64,000 nt of DNA. Source: Thermomicrobiales bacterium (GTDB taxonomy: Bacteria > Chloroflexota > Chloroflexia > Thermomicrobiales > UBA6265). The translations under genes and the position numbers were made by a program. The first letter of the stretch is position 1. Each line of letters opens with the position of its first letter. Shown piece by piece: positions 1-10,778 of the stretch. The stretch lies in contig JAWKPF010000009.1 of NCBI GenBank assembly GCA_041390825.1, positions 59,808-123,807 of the forward strand, written 5' to 3'. The notes under the pieces are model-generated. The model was not told the DNA's origin. It did no database searches and was given only the letters and a program-made list of their open reading frames with translations.

Positions 1-1094
1 AGGCGCTGACCCTGCACTACGCGCTCGCCTTCATTCTTGTACGGATTCAATCGGACATATTGAGACAAGACCGAGCTACCTGCTTCTTTGAGCTGCAACA
101 CAAGCGGGTCGCTGCTGTCTTTCCCAGCAAGGACGACGATGTAACAGCGTGTTCCCACGCTTCCGACCCCACCGACGCGAATGGCAGAGTCGATGTAGCG
201 ATAACGATCGAGTAGCGCGCGCCGATCATCCGTCAGCGTCTGCATGTATTTGGCGAAGACGGGTTGGATAACGGCTCCCACCTCGTCTTCAGGCAGCCGC
301 ACGATCAGGGGCGGTCGCTCGACGATGCGAAGGTCGCCATGAGCAGCATCGGTGAGCTTCGCCGCCGCGTAGAGACTGTCCTTTCCCCGGGCTTTCTGGA
401 TCTTGGCTAGGACATCTTTACGGCGTCGTGCGTTCGGAATGAAATCGAGCAACGACTCTGCAGTCACATGGGAATACCAGACCTCGAGCGTCGTCATCTC
501 GGAAAACTCTATCAGCTTCTTGCGGTATTGATATACACAAGATCGAGCAATGTCCCTGCAATTGGGGTCCGAAAGGCCATTGCTCCGCCCAGCGAGAACC
601 GCACTCGCAGCAAGCCGCTTCACGTCCCACTCGAATGGTCCCGGGATGGTCTCGTCGAAGTCGTTCATGTCGAACATAAGCACGCGTTCTGGCGAGCCAA
701 AGAATCCAAAATTCGATAGGTGTGCGTCGCCGCAAAGCTGCGCTACCAGGTTGGTGCTTGTTGCGTGGCCGAGATCCCATGCCATGATCGCCGCCGAACC
801 CCTGAAGAACGCAAACGGAGACGCCATCATCCGTCCATAGCGGATGGGAAGCAGGTGCTGGAGGCGGCTCTCGCCTTGTTGAACCAGTGTGTCGACCGGA
901 TCCGGACGGTAGGCGCTCTTCTGAAAGATCTCATGCGCTTGGCGTGGGACCGCTACGCGCTGCGCTCGTCCCTTGTCCCTGCGTTGGTCAGGAGTAAAGA
1001 GCTCGACACGCCCCGAAACGGAACGGTATTCCGCGGAACTTCCGTTGCTCGCTTTCGAGGTGACGGTTTCTGTGGCTGAAGGTCGATGTGCCAT
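1..1094 (-). CDS. DUF2252 domain-containing protein, C-terminus beyond the window edge
   Basis: Absent from the ORF track because there is no stop inside the window. My reverse-strand translation from the ATG at 1094 stays open to base 1: MAHRPSATE..PFAFFRGSAAIMAWDL..CGDAHLSNFGFFGSPE..FDMNDFDETIPGPFEWDVKRLAAS..GERVVQGQRL. Family assigned from remembered motifs. Confidence 0.75.
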   Translation of the reverse strand, partial: MAHRPSATETVTSKASNGSSAEYRSVSGRVELFTPDQRRDKGRAQRVAVPRQAHEIFQKSAYRPDPVDTLVQQGESRLQHLLPIRYGRMMASPFAFFRGSAAIMAWDLGHATSTNLVAQLCGDAHLSNFGFFGSPERVLMFDMNDFDETIPGPFEWDVKRLAASAVLAGRSNGLSDPNCRDIARSCVYQYRKKLIEFSEMTTLEVWYSHVTAESLLDFIPNARRRKDVLAKIQKARGKDSLYAAAKLTDAAHGDLRIVERPPLIVRLPEDEVGAVIQPVFAKYMQTLTDDRRALLDRYRYIDSAIRVGGVGSVGTRCYIVVLAGKDSSDPLVLQLKEAGSSVLSQYVRLNPYKNEGERVVQGQR

Positions 1095-1163
1095 AGCATG
1101 ACGTTCCTGTTGTCCGGGAACCGCGCGCCACTGCGCGCGGTTCCATTTTCCGTTTTCGGCGAT

Positions 1164-1910
1164 CTACGAAGCTGTCGTTGCCTGACCGACCTGAAGGATG
1201 GTCAGCGGATGGTCGGTCGATCCCGGGCTCCCGATGACGACAAATGTGTAGGACTGCCCTGCCTCGATCGAGACTCCGTTGCTCTCCACCGCGACGGTAT
1301 CTGTGCCAGTGGCCTTGCCGGTGATGTCGTAGCTGCCGGAGTGCACCTCGCCCGCGTCAGTTGCCTGACCAAAGCGGACGTCGGTGACGACCGGAGACAG
1401 ATCGCCAACCACCGTCGCATCGCTGGCACGGGTGAGATAGAAATCGAGCGCTGGCGCCTGAGCTGCGCCATTGATCGCGCGAACGCGCGCCTGGTCCTCA
1501 CCAGTGGCGGAGAGGTCGACCTCGGTCGGGATGATGAGTAGATCGGAAACGACGACCAGATACTCCTTGCCGGCTTCCGTCGGAACCACGACCTGGTACA
1601 GATATCGGTCGAACCCGCTGTTGACATTCTGCTTGACGATGACAGCGGTGACAGGAGCGGTTCCCTGATAGGCATCGGAAACGGTGCCGTACTCGAGTCC
1701 TTCGACAACGCGCTGATCGGATTCATCGCCGTTGATATAGACATCGATCTTGTCGAGCGATGTCATCGCATTGACAAAGCGAATGTTGACCGGAAACTCA
1801 TTGGTCGGAGTGCCGTCCTGAGCGCGGGCGGCCGGCATGGAGGCCAGCATGCCCAATCCAAGTGCGGCGACTGCCGCGATGACGAGAAACCGAAGTCGAA
1901 GTGATTTCAT
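1164..1910 (-). CDS. secreted DUF4397 domain-containing protein
   Basis: ORF 1164..2000(-) trimmed to the ATG at 1910, which has a GGAAAGGGA RBS-like upstream. Signal peptide MKSLRLRFLVIAAVAALGLGMLASMPAARA. Repeated beta-rich modules (NIRFVNA.., ARVRAINGAAQAPALDFYL). Confidence 0.7.
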   Translation of the reverse strand: MKSLRLRFLVIAAVAALGLGMLASMPAARAQDGTPTNEFPVNIRFVNAMTSLDKIDVYINGDESDQRVVEGLEYGTVSDAYQGTAPVTAVIVKQNVNSGFDRYLYQVVVPTEAGKEYLVVVSDLLIIPTEVDLSATGEDQARVRAINGAAQAPALDFYLTRASDATVVGDLSPVVTDVRFGQATDAGEVHSGSYDITGKATGTDTVAVESNGVSIEAGQSYTFVVIGSPGSTDHPLTILQVGQATTAS

Positions 1911-2084
1911 TGGTGATCCCTTTCCGTGATGAATGCGAATTGGCATCGAATGACGATCGATAGTTGAGGCGAAATGCGCGACTACCTTGAGACCATTCAC
2001 ACGCCTCCCTTCTGTCTTTCAGCGGGTCCGCACGGCTGCGACCGTTCGTGCTGAACTTCTTGTCGCGGCGCGTACAATGACGGT

Positions 2085-2582
2085 CTATTCTTCCTCGCCG
2101 AAGGCATTTCGCAGGGCGGTTTCCTGCTCGGCTGATAGATTGCTGGCGATCAACTCAGGCGCAACACCGGCATCCTTGAGCTGTGCAATGACGCGGTCAC
2201 GGGCGGTGACCTCGCCGAGCAGGAAGAGCGCAGACGTGCCTGGAGTCACCTTTCCCTGCACACTCTTGATGAAATTGTCATCGATGCCATAGTCCTGAAA
2301 ACTCGCGGTCAACGCCCCAGCCGCCGCGCCAATCGCAAGACCCAGGAACGGAATGAAGAAAAGCAATCCAAAGAGCATGCCCCAGAATGCACCGCTCAGC
2401 GCTCCTGCGCTCTTTAGATGAACGAGTTGCTCTGTCTTGGGCTTCTTCTTACCGACTTCCCAGCGAACAATTGCTCCGTCCTCGATCGTGACGATTCGCT
2501 GAGCTTGCAGGCTCTTCAGAACCGCGAGCGCCCGATCCGCTCCGTCCACCGTATCGAACTTCCATGCCGTGAGCGTTGTCAT
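2085..2582 (-). CDS. DUF1269 family membrane protein
   Basis: ORF 2085..2660(-) trimmed to MTTLTAWKFDTVDGADRAL. Glycine-zipper TM segment GAFWGMLFGLLFFIPFLGLAIGAAAGAL. Confidence 0.7.
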   Translation of the reverse strand: MTTLTAWKFDTVDGADRALAVLKSLQAQRIVTIEDGAIVRWEVGKKKPKTEQLVHLKSAGALSGAFWGMLFGLLFFIPFLGLAIGAAAGALTASFQDYGIDDNFIKSVQGKVTPGTSALFLLGEVTARDRVIAQLKDAGVAPELIASNLSAEQETALRNAFGEEE

Positions 2583-2695
2583 GTTCCTTTTCCCAGTTTC
2601 GAAATTCGCATTGCGACCACATAGATCGCGCCATTTTCGTCGCTCCGCTCTGTGAGCCAATTCAGTCCTGCCGGTCGAGAGTCCTCCTTATTTCA

Positions 2696-3205
2696 CTACT
2701 TGAGGAGCGGTTGCTCGCGCAGAAGCATCTGCGAGAGGAGCGTTGGTGTAATCCAGCAATTCGCAAGTACGTGCCCGTGCGCCTCAGCAGCAGCGATGTC
2801 TAGTTCAGCAGCCCATAGGTGCTCGATGAGCAAAATGAGCGCGCGTGAATTGACCGGAATCAGGTCGGCGATCTCGAGGAGTTGCTCTTCGGTAACGCTA
2901 AAGTCGGATTGCCTCTCGATCGAACTGTTTGGTTCCGGGAACGATCTCGCCTTCCAAGAACCTTGGTTTGGAAGACCAAAGAGTGCTTTGCTGAGCAGAC
3001 CGCTCCAGCGTGGATCGCCGCGCGGAGCATCGAGCGTATCGAGAACGATGAGCTCTCCATCTTTTCCCTTCACGGTGACCACGCTGTCGATGAGTCCGAT
3101 CAAACTCCTTCGACGCAGATGATCGACTTGCGCGTGCGCCAATGTTGGCAGTACTGCGCTGTCGAAGTTAATGACTACCAACTGGAGTGGTCCGACTGTG
3201 TTCAT
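2696..3205 (-). CDS. hypothetical protein, DUF6325-like (usual neighbour of DUF1269)
   Basis: ORF 2696..3346(-) trimmed to the ATG at 3205 (MNTVGPLQLVVINFD..). The family call is from memory and weak. Confidence 0.45.
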   Translation of the reverse strand: MNTVGPLQLVVINFDSAVLPTLAHAQVDHLRRRSLIGLIDSVVTVKGKDGELIVLDTLDAPRGDPRWSGLLSKALFGLPNQGSWKARSFPEPNSSIERQSDFSVTEEQLLEIADLIPVNSRALILLIEHLWAAELDIAAAEAHGHVLANCWITPTLLSQMLLREQPLLK

Positions 3206-3228
3206 AAGCGACTCTCGGCAACATAAAC

Positions 3229-3801
3229 TTATGACGGCGTTCCACCATGTGACATCAGATCCAGGGCAACAACGCTTGCAATGAGTAGTGCGTCTGGCTG
3301 GCCCGGAGTAGTTTCGATTCCATATGAGTTTGTCGTCCGAAACCATTTTCGAGATATGGCTGCGACAATGCCGCTTGGTCCGACAATCGAAAACTCGTAG
3401 GAAGCCGGGCTTCCCTTAACCTCGAGCGAGATCCCGTTCGAGAGTTCAATCGAGAAACGGTCTCGGAGTGGACTTGCGAGCGATCGGTGCACCACTCCTG
3501 TCTCTGTTCCCGTTGCGTCGTAGATGGTGAGACGATCGGTCTTGCGCACGTGATGTGCAGGAACCCGGAAGAGCGTGCGACCAGCGAGGTCTTCGACAAC
3601 GATCGTGTCTCTCTCGGCAAGTTCGATTCCGCTGATACGCAGCACATGTTCTCCATCTGCGTTGAGGATCAGGAAGTCTGTGCCGAGCGCAGCTAGATCT
3701 GACGTCATCCGATAGCGGTTCGATCGTGACCGTGTTGGGTCTTCGCCTCCAGGATCAGCGCTGTCGCTGCTTGACGACGTGATCGGCTTGTCATCGTCCA
3801 T
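3229..3801 (-). CDS. LURP-one-related / scramblase-like (DUF567) protein
   Basis: ORF 3229..3885(-). GTDFLILNADGEHVLRISG..DTIVVEDLAGRTLFRV..LTIYDATG..SYEFSIVGP resembles the tubby-C-like LURP1 family. The start (ATG 3801) is uncertain. Confidence 0.5.
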   Translation of the reverse strand: MDDDKPITSSSSDSADPGGEDPTRSRSNRYRMTSDLAALGTDFLILNADGEHVLRISGIELAERDTIVVEDLAGRTLFRVPAHHVRKTDRLTIYDATGTETGVVHRSLASPLRDRFSIELSNGISLEVKGSPASYEFSIVGPSGIVAAISRKWFRTTNSYGIETTPGQPDALLIASVVALDLMSHGGTPS

Positions 3802-3947
3802 TTGGTTCAACTCGCCTGTACCTCCGTCAACGCAGCGGGTTTCGCCACAACGAACGTAACAGGCGTGGTCGCACCTCACCATCACCAGAAAGCGGTAATG
3901 GTCAGGGGTACTCGTCGAGATAACGGGAAAATGGGCAGAATCGAAGG

Positions 3948-6680
3948 CTAGAGCAGACCGAGTTGCTGAGAGCGATTGATCGCTTGGGTTCGGCTGGAAA
4001 CGTCCAGCTTGTCGAAGATGCGCCGGAGGTGAGTCTTGACGGTCTCTTCTGAGATAAAGAGAGCGTCGCCGACATCTCGATTCGAGAGGCCGGCGGCAAC
4101 CAGGCGCATAACGTCGCGTTCGCGCGGACTCAGAACAGATTGCGCCGAATCGATTGGGGTCGTCGAGAGATAGGGTTCGCCTGCACTTGCGAACAGTGTG
4201 ACTGCCTGCGCACGATGTGGTCCCGATTCGAGGGAGACGCGTTTCAACAGTTGGACAAGAAGCGGACCTTCGTCCAGGAACGTTCGCAGGAACCCTTCTC
4301 CGGCTCCGATCTGCAACGCATGTCCAATGGCGGAGCGAGCTGCCACATCGTTTCCGATCTGCACCTCAGCGAGAGCTCGTAGGCACTGTATCGAAATCAG
4401 GACTCGGTTCCAGCGCTGCTGGGTCGCCATTCGGCAGAGGGAATCCAGATGCGCGAGGGCTTCCTGAGCGTGTCCATCGCGGATCTGCACACGCAGCGCT
4501 GTCAGTACGATGGGCAGATCTTGGTATCGCGCTGAGTTGGTGATCTCGCTGCCGAGGTGTTGGCGCCAGCCTTGGGCGAGTGCGATTTGGTCGGTCATTA
4601 GCCACAGGCGAGACCTCATCTCTTCGAAGACCGGAACGATTCCCGAGTATCCTGCCCCTTCCGCGCCGGCTATTGCGAGCTCGATTTCATCAAAGGCCCG
4701 ATCCCATTCGCCGCGCGCGGCAGCGACTCGCGAACGAAGCGCCGGAATCTGAGCCAAGTGAAATGGAGCGCCCATGCGGCGAGCCAACGCTTCGGCCAGG
4801 TCTGCATGCGTGATGACCTCGTCGAGCTGGTTCCATTCGTAGAGGATGCCGCCAAGTTTCTGATGCGCATTCTGCAAACCGAGATCGTTCCATTCGTCAC
4901 CAATGGCAATAACGCGGCGAAAGACCTCCGCCGGTTCTCGCAACTTGGCCTGCGAAAGTTGCACGAGCCCGGTTGCCGCAAGTTCGGCAACTTGGAAACC
5001 GCGGACACCGAGTCGACTATTGACGGTTCTGGCTTCGTCGAGGACGCGCTCGGCTTCTTTCAGCTTCCCGCCGGTTTCGAGAAGCATTCCCAGCATGATG
5101 AGCGTCCGCGCTCGATCGGACAGGTCTTCAGGGTTGAAATACTCGAGGGCTGCGGCGGCGGCCGCTTCTCCCTCTGATGTTGCCCAGGCGAAAAGCGACT
5201 TGAGCACCTGGAGTTGTAATGCCGCACGCGCGACGACCGGATCGCCCTCTCGGCCCTCGATCGCCTTTTCCGCTACCTCGAGCGAGTGGTGTGCCTTTCG
5301 CGGTCGTCCAGTACGCACTTGCGCCCACGCGAGCCAATAACCCAATCTCGGTTCTATCGCGAGCGGTTCGTCGGGAAGGTCCTGCAACCACGATAAGAGA
5401 ATGCCAATCCGTTCTTGATCAAAGAAGTCTTTGCAGATCTGCACCAGCAAGTGAGCTGCCAATTGCCACGACTGAGCCTGGATAGCGTGGTATGCGGCCT
5501 CGGATGTGAATTGGTTCGTCTCGTACCACCGGGCCGCGCGGACATGCAACTCCCGAACCGCTTCTACATCGTACTCGCGTACGAGGCGCTGGCGCAGCAC
5601 ATCCGTAAAGAGGTGGTGAGAGTGGTACCAGTTTCCTGGTCCGTCCAAACGAGAAATGAAGATGTTGTCGCGTGACAGAATGCTGAGCAGCTCGTCTGCC
5701 GCGGGGACTCCAGCGACCTCGGTGGCGATCTCCGGGTTGGTTTCGCGCAAGATCGCAGTCTGAAGCAAGAAACTCTTTCGTTCTGGGGGCTGGTTCTCGA
5801 TAACTTCATCCCAGAGATATTCGGACACGGACGGAACGTTGTCCGTAAGGGATTCGAGCAAGCTGCGAATTTCAGTGGGGGAGCGTCGCCGAAGCGCTGC
5901 AGCCAAGAGTCGAAGGGCAACGGGCCAACCCTCTGCCCATCGCTCTATTTCTTCCAGATCGGCCTCCTGAAGATCGAGGTGCTGGCGTTCGATCAGGAAC
6001 AATCTAGTTTCCTCAGTGGTGAACCTGAGATCGCCGGATCCAAGCTCGACCAGCTCCCCGCGTGCGCTCATGATTAGCGTCGGGAGACTCGGGTCGGTTC
6101 GTGACGTCAGGATGAGCGACATGTTCGCTGGCATCAGACTCAGCAACTGGGCGACAGCGTCCTGTACTTCGTCCGACTCGATGACGTGATAGTCGTCCAG
6201 AACCAGCACGAACGGGCGCGTAGACTCAGCAACTTCATTGCTCAGCAACTCTATGAGGTGGCGCGCTGGGGGTTGGGACGGATCGTTGATCATTGCCGCC
6301 GTTCCGTGGCATAGAGAATCATCGATCGACTGGATGGCAGCTACAACATACGAAAGAAAGATCCTGAAGTCATTGTCTCCGGCATCGAGCGAAAGCCATG
6401 CGGAAGCGCGATCGGATTCCGACTGCCATTGGCTCACCAGCGTCGACTTACCATACCCCGGAGGCGTGACTACCAGTGTCAGCTTGCCCTCGACTCCCCG
6501 ATCGATCTCGCGAATCAAGCGATCGCGGATCACGCCATCGCTGGCGGCTCGGGGGGCGCGCAGCTTGGTGAGCAAGAGCCGCTCCCGCGGCTGGAGAGAG
6601 GTTCTGATCGTAGGTTGATTCGGATCCGACACGTCCCGGCTACCTCCACTGGGACTCCTAACGAGCTCGAGCGAATGCAT
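3948..6680 (-). CDS. MalT-like LuxR family transcriptional regulator (STAND ATPase + TPR-like region + LuxR HTH)
   Basis: 910-aa ORF. P-loop VVTPPGYGKST, a long helical repeat region, and the C-terminal HTH LSPRERDVMRLVAAGLSNRDVGDALFISEETVKTHLRRIFDKL. Confidence 0.85.
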   Translation of the reverse strand: MHSLELVRSPSGGSRDVSDPNQPTIRTSLQPRERLLLTKLRAPRAASDGVIRDRLIREIDRGVEGKLTLVVTPPGYGKSTLVSQWQSESDRASAWLSLDAGDNDFRIFLSYVVAAIQSIDDSLCHGTAAMINDPSQPPARHLIELLSNEVAESTRPFVLVLDDYHVIESDEVQDAVAQLLSLMPANMSLILTSRTDPSLPTLIMSARGELVELGSGDLRFTTEETRLFLIERQHLDLQEADLEEIERWAEGWPVALRLLAAALRRRSPTEIRSLLESLTDNVPSVSEYLWDEVIENQPPERKSFLLQTAILRETNPEIATEVAGVPAADELLSILSRDNIFISRLDGPGNWYHSHHLFTDVLRQRLVREYDVEAVRELHVRAARWYETNQFTSEAAYHAIQAQSWQLAAHLLVQICKDFFDQERIGILLSWLQDLPDEPLAIEPRLGYWLAWAQVRTGRPRKAHHSLEVAEKAIEGREGDPVVARAALQLQVLKSLFAWATSEGEAAAAAALEYFNPEDLSDRARTLIMLGMLLETGGKLKEAERVLDEARTVNSRLGVRGFQVAELAATGLVQLSQAKLREPAEVFRRVIAIGDEWNDLGLQNAHQKLGGILYEWNQLDEVITHADLAEALARRMGAPFHLAQIPALRSRVAAARGEWDRAFDEIELAIAGAEGAGYSGIVPVFEEMRSRLWLMTDQIALAQGWRQHLGSEITNSARYQDLPIVLTALRVQIRDGHAQEALAHLDSLCRMATQQRWNRVLISIQCLRALAEVQIGNDVAARSAIGHALQIGAGEGFLRTFLDEGPLLVQLLKRVSLESGPHRAQAVTLFASAGEPYLSTTPIDSAQSVLSPRERDVMRLVAAGLSNRDVGDALFISEETVKTHLRRIFDKLDVSSRTQAINRSQQLGLL

Positions 6681-7331
6681 GAGGCGTCACGTATGAGGTC
6701 TCAGATCTTATCCAATTCAGAACGACTGACTGAGTCTGGCTCGACGGTCGTCACTCGCTACGTTCTCCTCGGGACATCGGCTCGTACTGGTATCGTGTCG
6801 CTCCCGGCCTGGGTGGGAACGCCCAGATCCAGGCTGATTGCCACTGTTCACATGGTATGCCAGTACGGCGTCGATTGCTCGCGGCTTGAGGATGACTCGA
6901 ATTGACACCCTTCAGCAATTTACCTGGCGAAACCCGGTCGGGCAAACAGCTACCGCTGCAATTACTTCTTTGCAGGGATACTTGTCCGTTTCCGAATCTA
7001 GTAGCGTGCTTTCATACTCGTCCGCTGCCGATCCGTTCCCATAGATCCATGAGAGGAAGTTACCTGTAGCTTGGCTCGACCTGCGTTGGATACGGGCGCT
7101 GATCGCGTGTTGGGCTCTACCGGTGTCGGATCCGGGACCATGGTGGTGCTCGAATCGCTGATCGCACATGCGTTTTCGGAACACAGGTGACGAGAGTTCG
7201 AAGTTCAGGGAATCGGAAACGAAATCGGCAGGATTGCTTCTGCGCGAGTCCAAAAAGGAAGTCGCGTTGGGATCGTTGCCACTTGCGAATACGAAGAAGG
7301 CTTTGAGCTGAGGAAGCGGAGAATCAGTGCC

Positions 7332-7685
7332 ATGTTGAGACGACGAGGCGGACCAGGAATCATCGGCACAATGGCCACGACGGCGGTCGTGGCTGGCACT
7401 GCCGGAGCTGTGCATCATCGCCAGGATCAGCGATATCAGAACAAGGCGATGCAACAACAGCAAGACTACCAGGTGCAGCAGGCTGCATACGATAGCCAGG
7501 CGCAAATCGCAGACCTGCAAGCACAGGTGAATGCGATGCAGAACCAGCAAGCCGGCGGCGCTCAATCGGCCACTGGAGGATCCGACATCATGGCTCAGCT
7601 TCAGCAGCTATCGACCATGCAAGCGGCAGGGCTTCTGACACCAGAACAATTCGAAGCCGCAAAGAACAAGCTATTGGGTTCATGA
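7332..7685 (+). CDS. SHOCT domain-containing protein
   Basis: 117-aa ORF with a Q-rich middle and the C-terminal SHOCT-like tail LQQLSTMQAAGLLTPEQFEAAKNKLLGS. A GGAAGCGGAG RBS-like lies upstream. Confidence 0.65.
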   Translation: MLRRRGGPGIIGTMATTAVVAGTAGAVHHRQDQRYQNKAMQQQQDYQVQQAAYDSQAQIADLQAQVNAMQNQQAGGAQSATGGSDIMAQLQQLSTMQAAGLLTPEQFEAAKNKLLGS

Positions 7686-7901
7686 CGTTTTCGGTCGTGT
7701 GTCGCCCTGGGTCTTACTTCCGGTCGAGCGAACTCCTTCTCGTGTTGTGACTTTGCAATCATGCTGACGTTCGGCAAGCGGTCATGGCGGCGAGGGGCGC
7801 ATTGAGCCGCTACTCGACATTCGAGTACGACGGTCTGCCCAACCGCACTCGAAAGGCAACGGGGCCAGCGGGTTCACCAGCAGAGCAGGAGACGGGACCG
7901 T

Positions 7902-9233
7902 ATGGAGTCGGCGACGAGTCCGCGCAAGATCAGCACATTCAGCGCGGCGTTCATGGGCATCGGTGCCATGGTCGGGGCAGGTATCTTCGCATTGCTTGGC
8001 GAGGCGGGAGCAATCGCTGGGACTGCTGTGTGGCTCTCATTCCTGATTGCCGGTGGTATCTCCCTCCTCCAGGGTTATTCGTTTGCCAAATTGGGGCGCG
8101 TCTACCCTTCACGCGGCGGGATGCTCGAATTCTTTGTGAAAGGATTTGGCAACGGCCACATGACCGGGGCAACGTCATGGCTCTTCTACCTGGTGGGTCA
8201 GCTCATCACTGTGATGGTGGCGTTGTCATTCGGTAGCTACGCCGGAGCGCTTTTCTTCGGGGATGACGTGACGGTCCAGGCGGAGAAACTGCTTGCGATT
8301 GGCATCATCATCGTGATGGCGCTGCTTAACATGGAACTTGCTCGCGGAGCCGTCGCCCGCGTACAAACCGGCATCGTCTGGGCAGTTGTAGCGATCCTGG
8401 GCGGATTCGCGTTTATCACGCTTCGCAATGCAGACTATTCTCTCCTATCACCAGATGGGTATCCGGGCGTCTCGTCGATCATTTCGAGCGTGGCCATCAC
8501 GTTTTTCGCGTTTCTCGGATTCTCTGTGGTTGCGTTCATTGGACCCGATATGGACGACCCCGACAAGAACCTGCCGCGTGCAATGTACTTATCACTCATC
8601 CTGACCACTGCGCTCTACGTTGCAATTGCGATCGGCGTGTTCGGGATGTTGACGCTCGATGAGGTGATTGCCGCCGGAAACACGGCAATTGCAGCGGCTG
8701 CTGAACCGGTGCTCGGCGCGGCAGGCTTCACCATCATGACCATTGCTGCAGTGTTTTCCACGTCATCGGCTGTGAACTCGCAGTTCTTCGCGACGACCGG
8801 TGTCACCGCCTACCTTGCCGAGATCGGCCAGTTCCCACCGGTTCTCGGGCAGAAGACGGGGAACTACGGCAACCTGGGCACTGTCATTTCGACGGTCGTT
8901 GTCATCGCGCTGACGCTGATGTTCGATTTGTCAGCCATCGCTTCCATTGGAAGCGCGGTGGCGTTGCTCATTTTCATGCTGGTCGGAATCGCTCACTTGC
9001 GGCTGATCGATGAAACCGGCGCTCGCCGCTGGATCATCTATCTCTCGATCATCACAGTCGTGATCACACTGCTGGTTTTCACGTTTGTGACCTTAGTCGA
9101 CGAGCCGGCAACGGCCATCGCCATGGTGATCTTTCTCGTATTGGCAGTGATCATCGATCGAATTTGGCGCGGTATCAGCTGGCTCAACCAACCACTGCCC
9201 ACACAGGAAGCGTCGGACACGTCTACGGTCTGA
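7902..9233 (+). CDS. APC family amino acid permease
   Basis: 443-aa polytopic ORF with the N-terminal signature FSAAFMGIGAMVGAGIFALLGEA. About 12 hydrophobic segments. Confidence 0.8.
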   Translation: MESATSPRKISTFSAAFMGIGAMVGAGIFALLGEAGAIAGTAVWLSFLIAGGISLLQGYSFAKLGRVYPSRGGMLEFFVKGFGNGHMTGATSWLFYLVGQLITVMVALSFGSYAGALFFGDDVTVQAEKLLAIGIIIVMALLNMELARGAVARVQTGIVWAVVAILGGFAFITLRNADYSLLSPDGYPGVSSIISSVAITFFAFLGFSVVAFIGPDMDDPDKNLPRAMYLSLILTTALYVAIAIGVFGMLTLDEVIAAGNTAIAAAAEPVLGAAGFTIMTIAAVFSTSSAVNSQFFATTGVTAYLAEIGQFPPVLGQKTGNYGNLGTVISTVVVIALTLMFDLSAIASIGSAVALLIFMLVGIAHLRLIDETGARRWIIYLSIITVVITLLVFTFVTLVDEPATAIAMVIFLVLAVIIDRIWRGISWLNQPLPTQEASDTSTV

Positions 9234-9438
9234 GCAGTCTGAAACTAGAACCGCGCGGTTGAGTGATGCATCGGTACCTCAAGAAGACGCTGGGCGTCGG
9301 CTCACTCCAGCCCGATCGACAGCGCCAAGCAGTGCCATGAGGGTCGTCATTTGCCCAGGTTTGAGCTAGTTCGGCTCACTCCTCGAATGCATTCGATTAC
9401 CACTTTCCAGCGATTACGGCGTCCTGCACCGGCGAATA

Positions 9439-9465
9439 GGATCGAACTCGTCAGGAGTTCGATCC
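9439..9465. promoter_or_regulatory. perfect 11-bp inverted repeat 33 nt upstream of arcA
   Basis: GGATCGAACTC-gtcag-GAGTTCGATCC read directly from the sequence. It could be an operator or a 5'-UTR hairpin. Confidence 0.4.
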
Positions 9466-9497
9466 CGTCTCTCCGCGGGCGATTGGAGGTGGAAACA

Positions 9498-10760
9498 ATG
9501 AGCGGCTATGGAGTTCATTCCGAAGTCGGGACGTTGCGGAAGGTCATCGTCCATCGCCCGGAGTTGAGCCTGAAACGGCTAACACCGGGGAATCACGACG
9601 AACTGCTCTTCGACGATGTGCTTTGGGTCGAGCAGGCGCAACGCGAGCATGATGCATTCGTCGAGGTGCTCCGCAGCCGTGGCGCCGAGGTGTTCTACGT
9701 CCAGGATCTTCTTGCGGAAGCGTTGGCGGCCAGCGACGTGGCGCGCGATCGAATCATCGAGCATGTCGCCGGCGCCTATACGGTTGGGTGGTCAGCATCC
9801 GACGAAGTTCAGTCGCTCCTCCAGGGGTTCAAGCCAGATGTGCTGGCAAAACATCTGCTCGGTGGCCTCACGATCGGCGAGTCCGGGCTCGACATGAAGC
9901 GACTTGGCTCGGTCTCCCTGCTTGCGGCTGCAAGCGACGATCCAGATGCGTTCCTCCTTCCGCCGCTCCCCAATTCCCTCTTCACCCGTGACTCTTCATG
10001 TTGGATCTACGGCGGCGTTTCGGTAAACCCGATGTACTGGCCGGCGCGCCGCCGCGAGGCCTTCAACATGATGATCATCTATCGCTATCACCCGATGTTC
10101 GATGGTGCCGACTTCGACTGGTGGTACCCCCACCGAGGATCGGACGGGCAGGCCATCCTGACCGATTTCGGCCAGGCTGCGCTCGAGGGTGGTGACGTGC
10201 AACCCATCGGCAACGGAACCGTGCTGATCGGCATGAGCGAGCGCACGACAGGCCGCATGATCGAACAGATCGCGCATGGGTTGTTCAAGGCCGGGCAAGC
10301 GGAGCGCGTGATCGCCGCAGTGATGGGCAAAGACCGAGCCCACATGCATCTCGACACCGTATTTACCATGCTCGATCGCGACGTCGTCACTGCGTACACC
10401 GAGGTTGTCGACAAGATCCGAGCCATCAGCCTGCGTCCCGGGAAGAAAGAGGGCGACTTTCACGTTACCGAGGAGGGGAGCTTCCTGGGGGCTGTCCAGG
10501 ATGCGCTTGGGGTATCCAGGCTTCACGTGGTTGGAACCGGTGGCGATACGTATCAACAGGCCCGCGAGCAATGGGACGATGCCAACAACACGGTTGCATT
10601 GGCACCAGGGGTCGTCATCGCATACGAGCGAAACACCTTCACGATCTCCAAGATGCGCGAAGCCGGAATCGAGGTTATTCCGATCCAGGGATTTGAGCTT
10701 GGCAAGGGACGTGGCGGCGGCCACTGCATGACCTGCCCGATCCTTCGCGACCCGATCTAG
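9498..10760 (+). CDS. arcA: arginine deiminase
   Basis: ORF 9351..10760 trimmed to the ATG at 9498, preceded by [33 protein letters not shown].. and C-terminal [15 protein letters not shown] (catalytic Cys region). Confidence 0.92.
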   Translation: MSGYGVHSEVGTLRKVIVHRPELSLKRLTPGNHDELLFDDVLWVEQAQREHDAFVEVLRSRGAEVFYVQDLLAEALAASDVARDRIIEHVAGAYTVGWSASDEVQSLLQGFKPDVLAKHLLGGLTIGESGLDMKRLGSVSLLAAASDDPDAFLLPPLPNSLFTRDSSCWIYGGVSVNPMYWPARRREAFNMMIIYRYHPMFDGADFDWWYPHRGSDGQAILTDFGQAALEGGDVQPIGNGTVLIGMSERTTGRMIEQIAHGLFKAGQAERVIAAVMGKDRAHMHLDTVFTMLDRDVVTAYTEVVDKIRAISLRPGKKEGDFHVTEEGSFLGAVQDALGVSRLHVVGTGGDTYQQAREQWDDANNTVALAPGVVIAYERNTFTISKMREAGIEVIPIQGFELGKGRGGGHCMTCPILRDPI

Positions 10761-10778
10761 GTCAGGATAGGAGAACCC

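Noticed and set aside
6912-7565. 217-aa minus-strand ORF covering the 650-bp gap between the LuxR gene and the SHOCT gene.
   Set aside because: It overlaps the well-supported SHOCT ORF on the plus strand. The translation has no motif, start context or family resemblance, so 6681-7331 is left unannotated.
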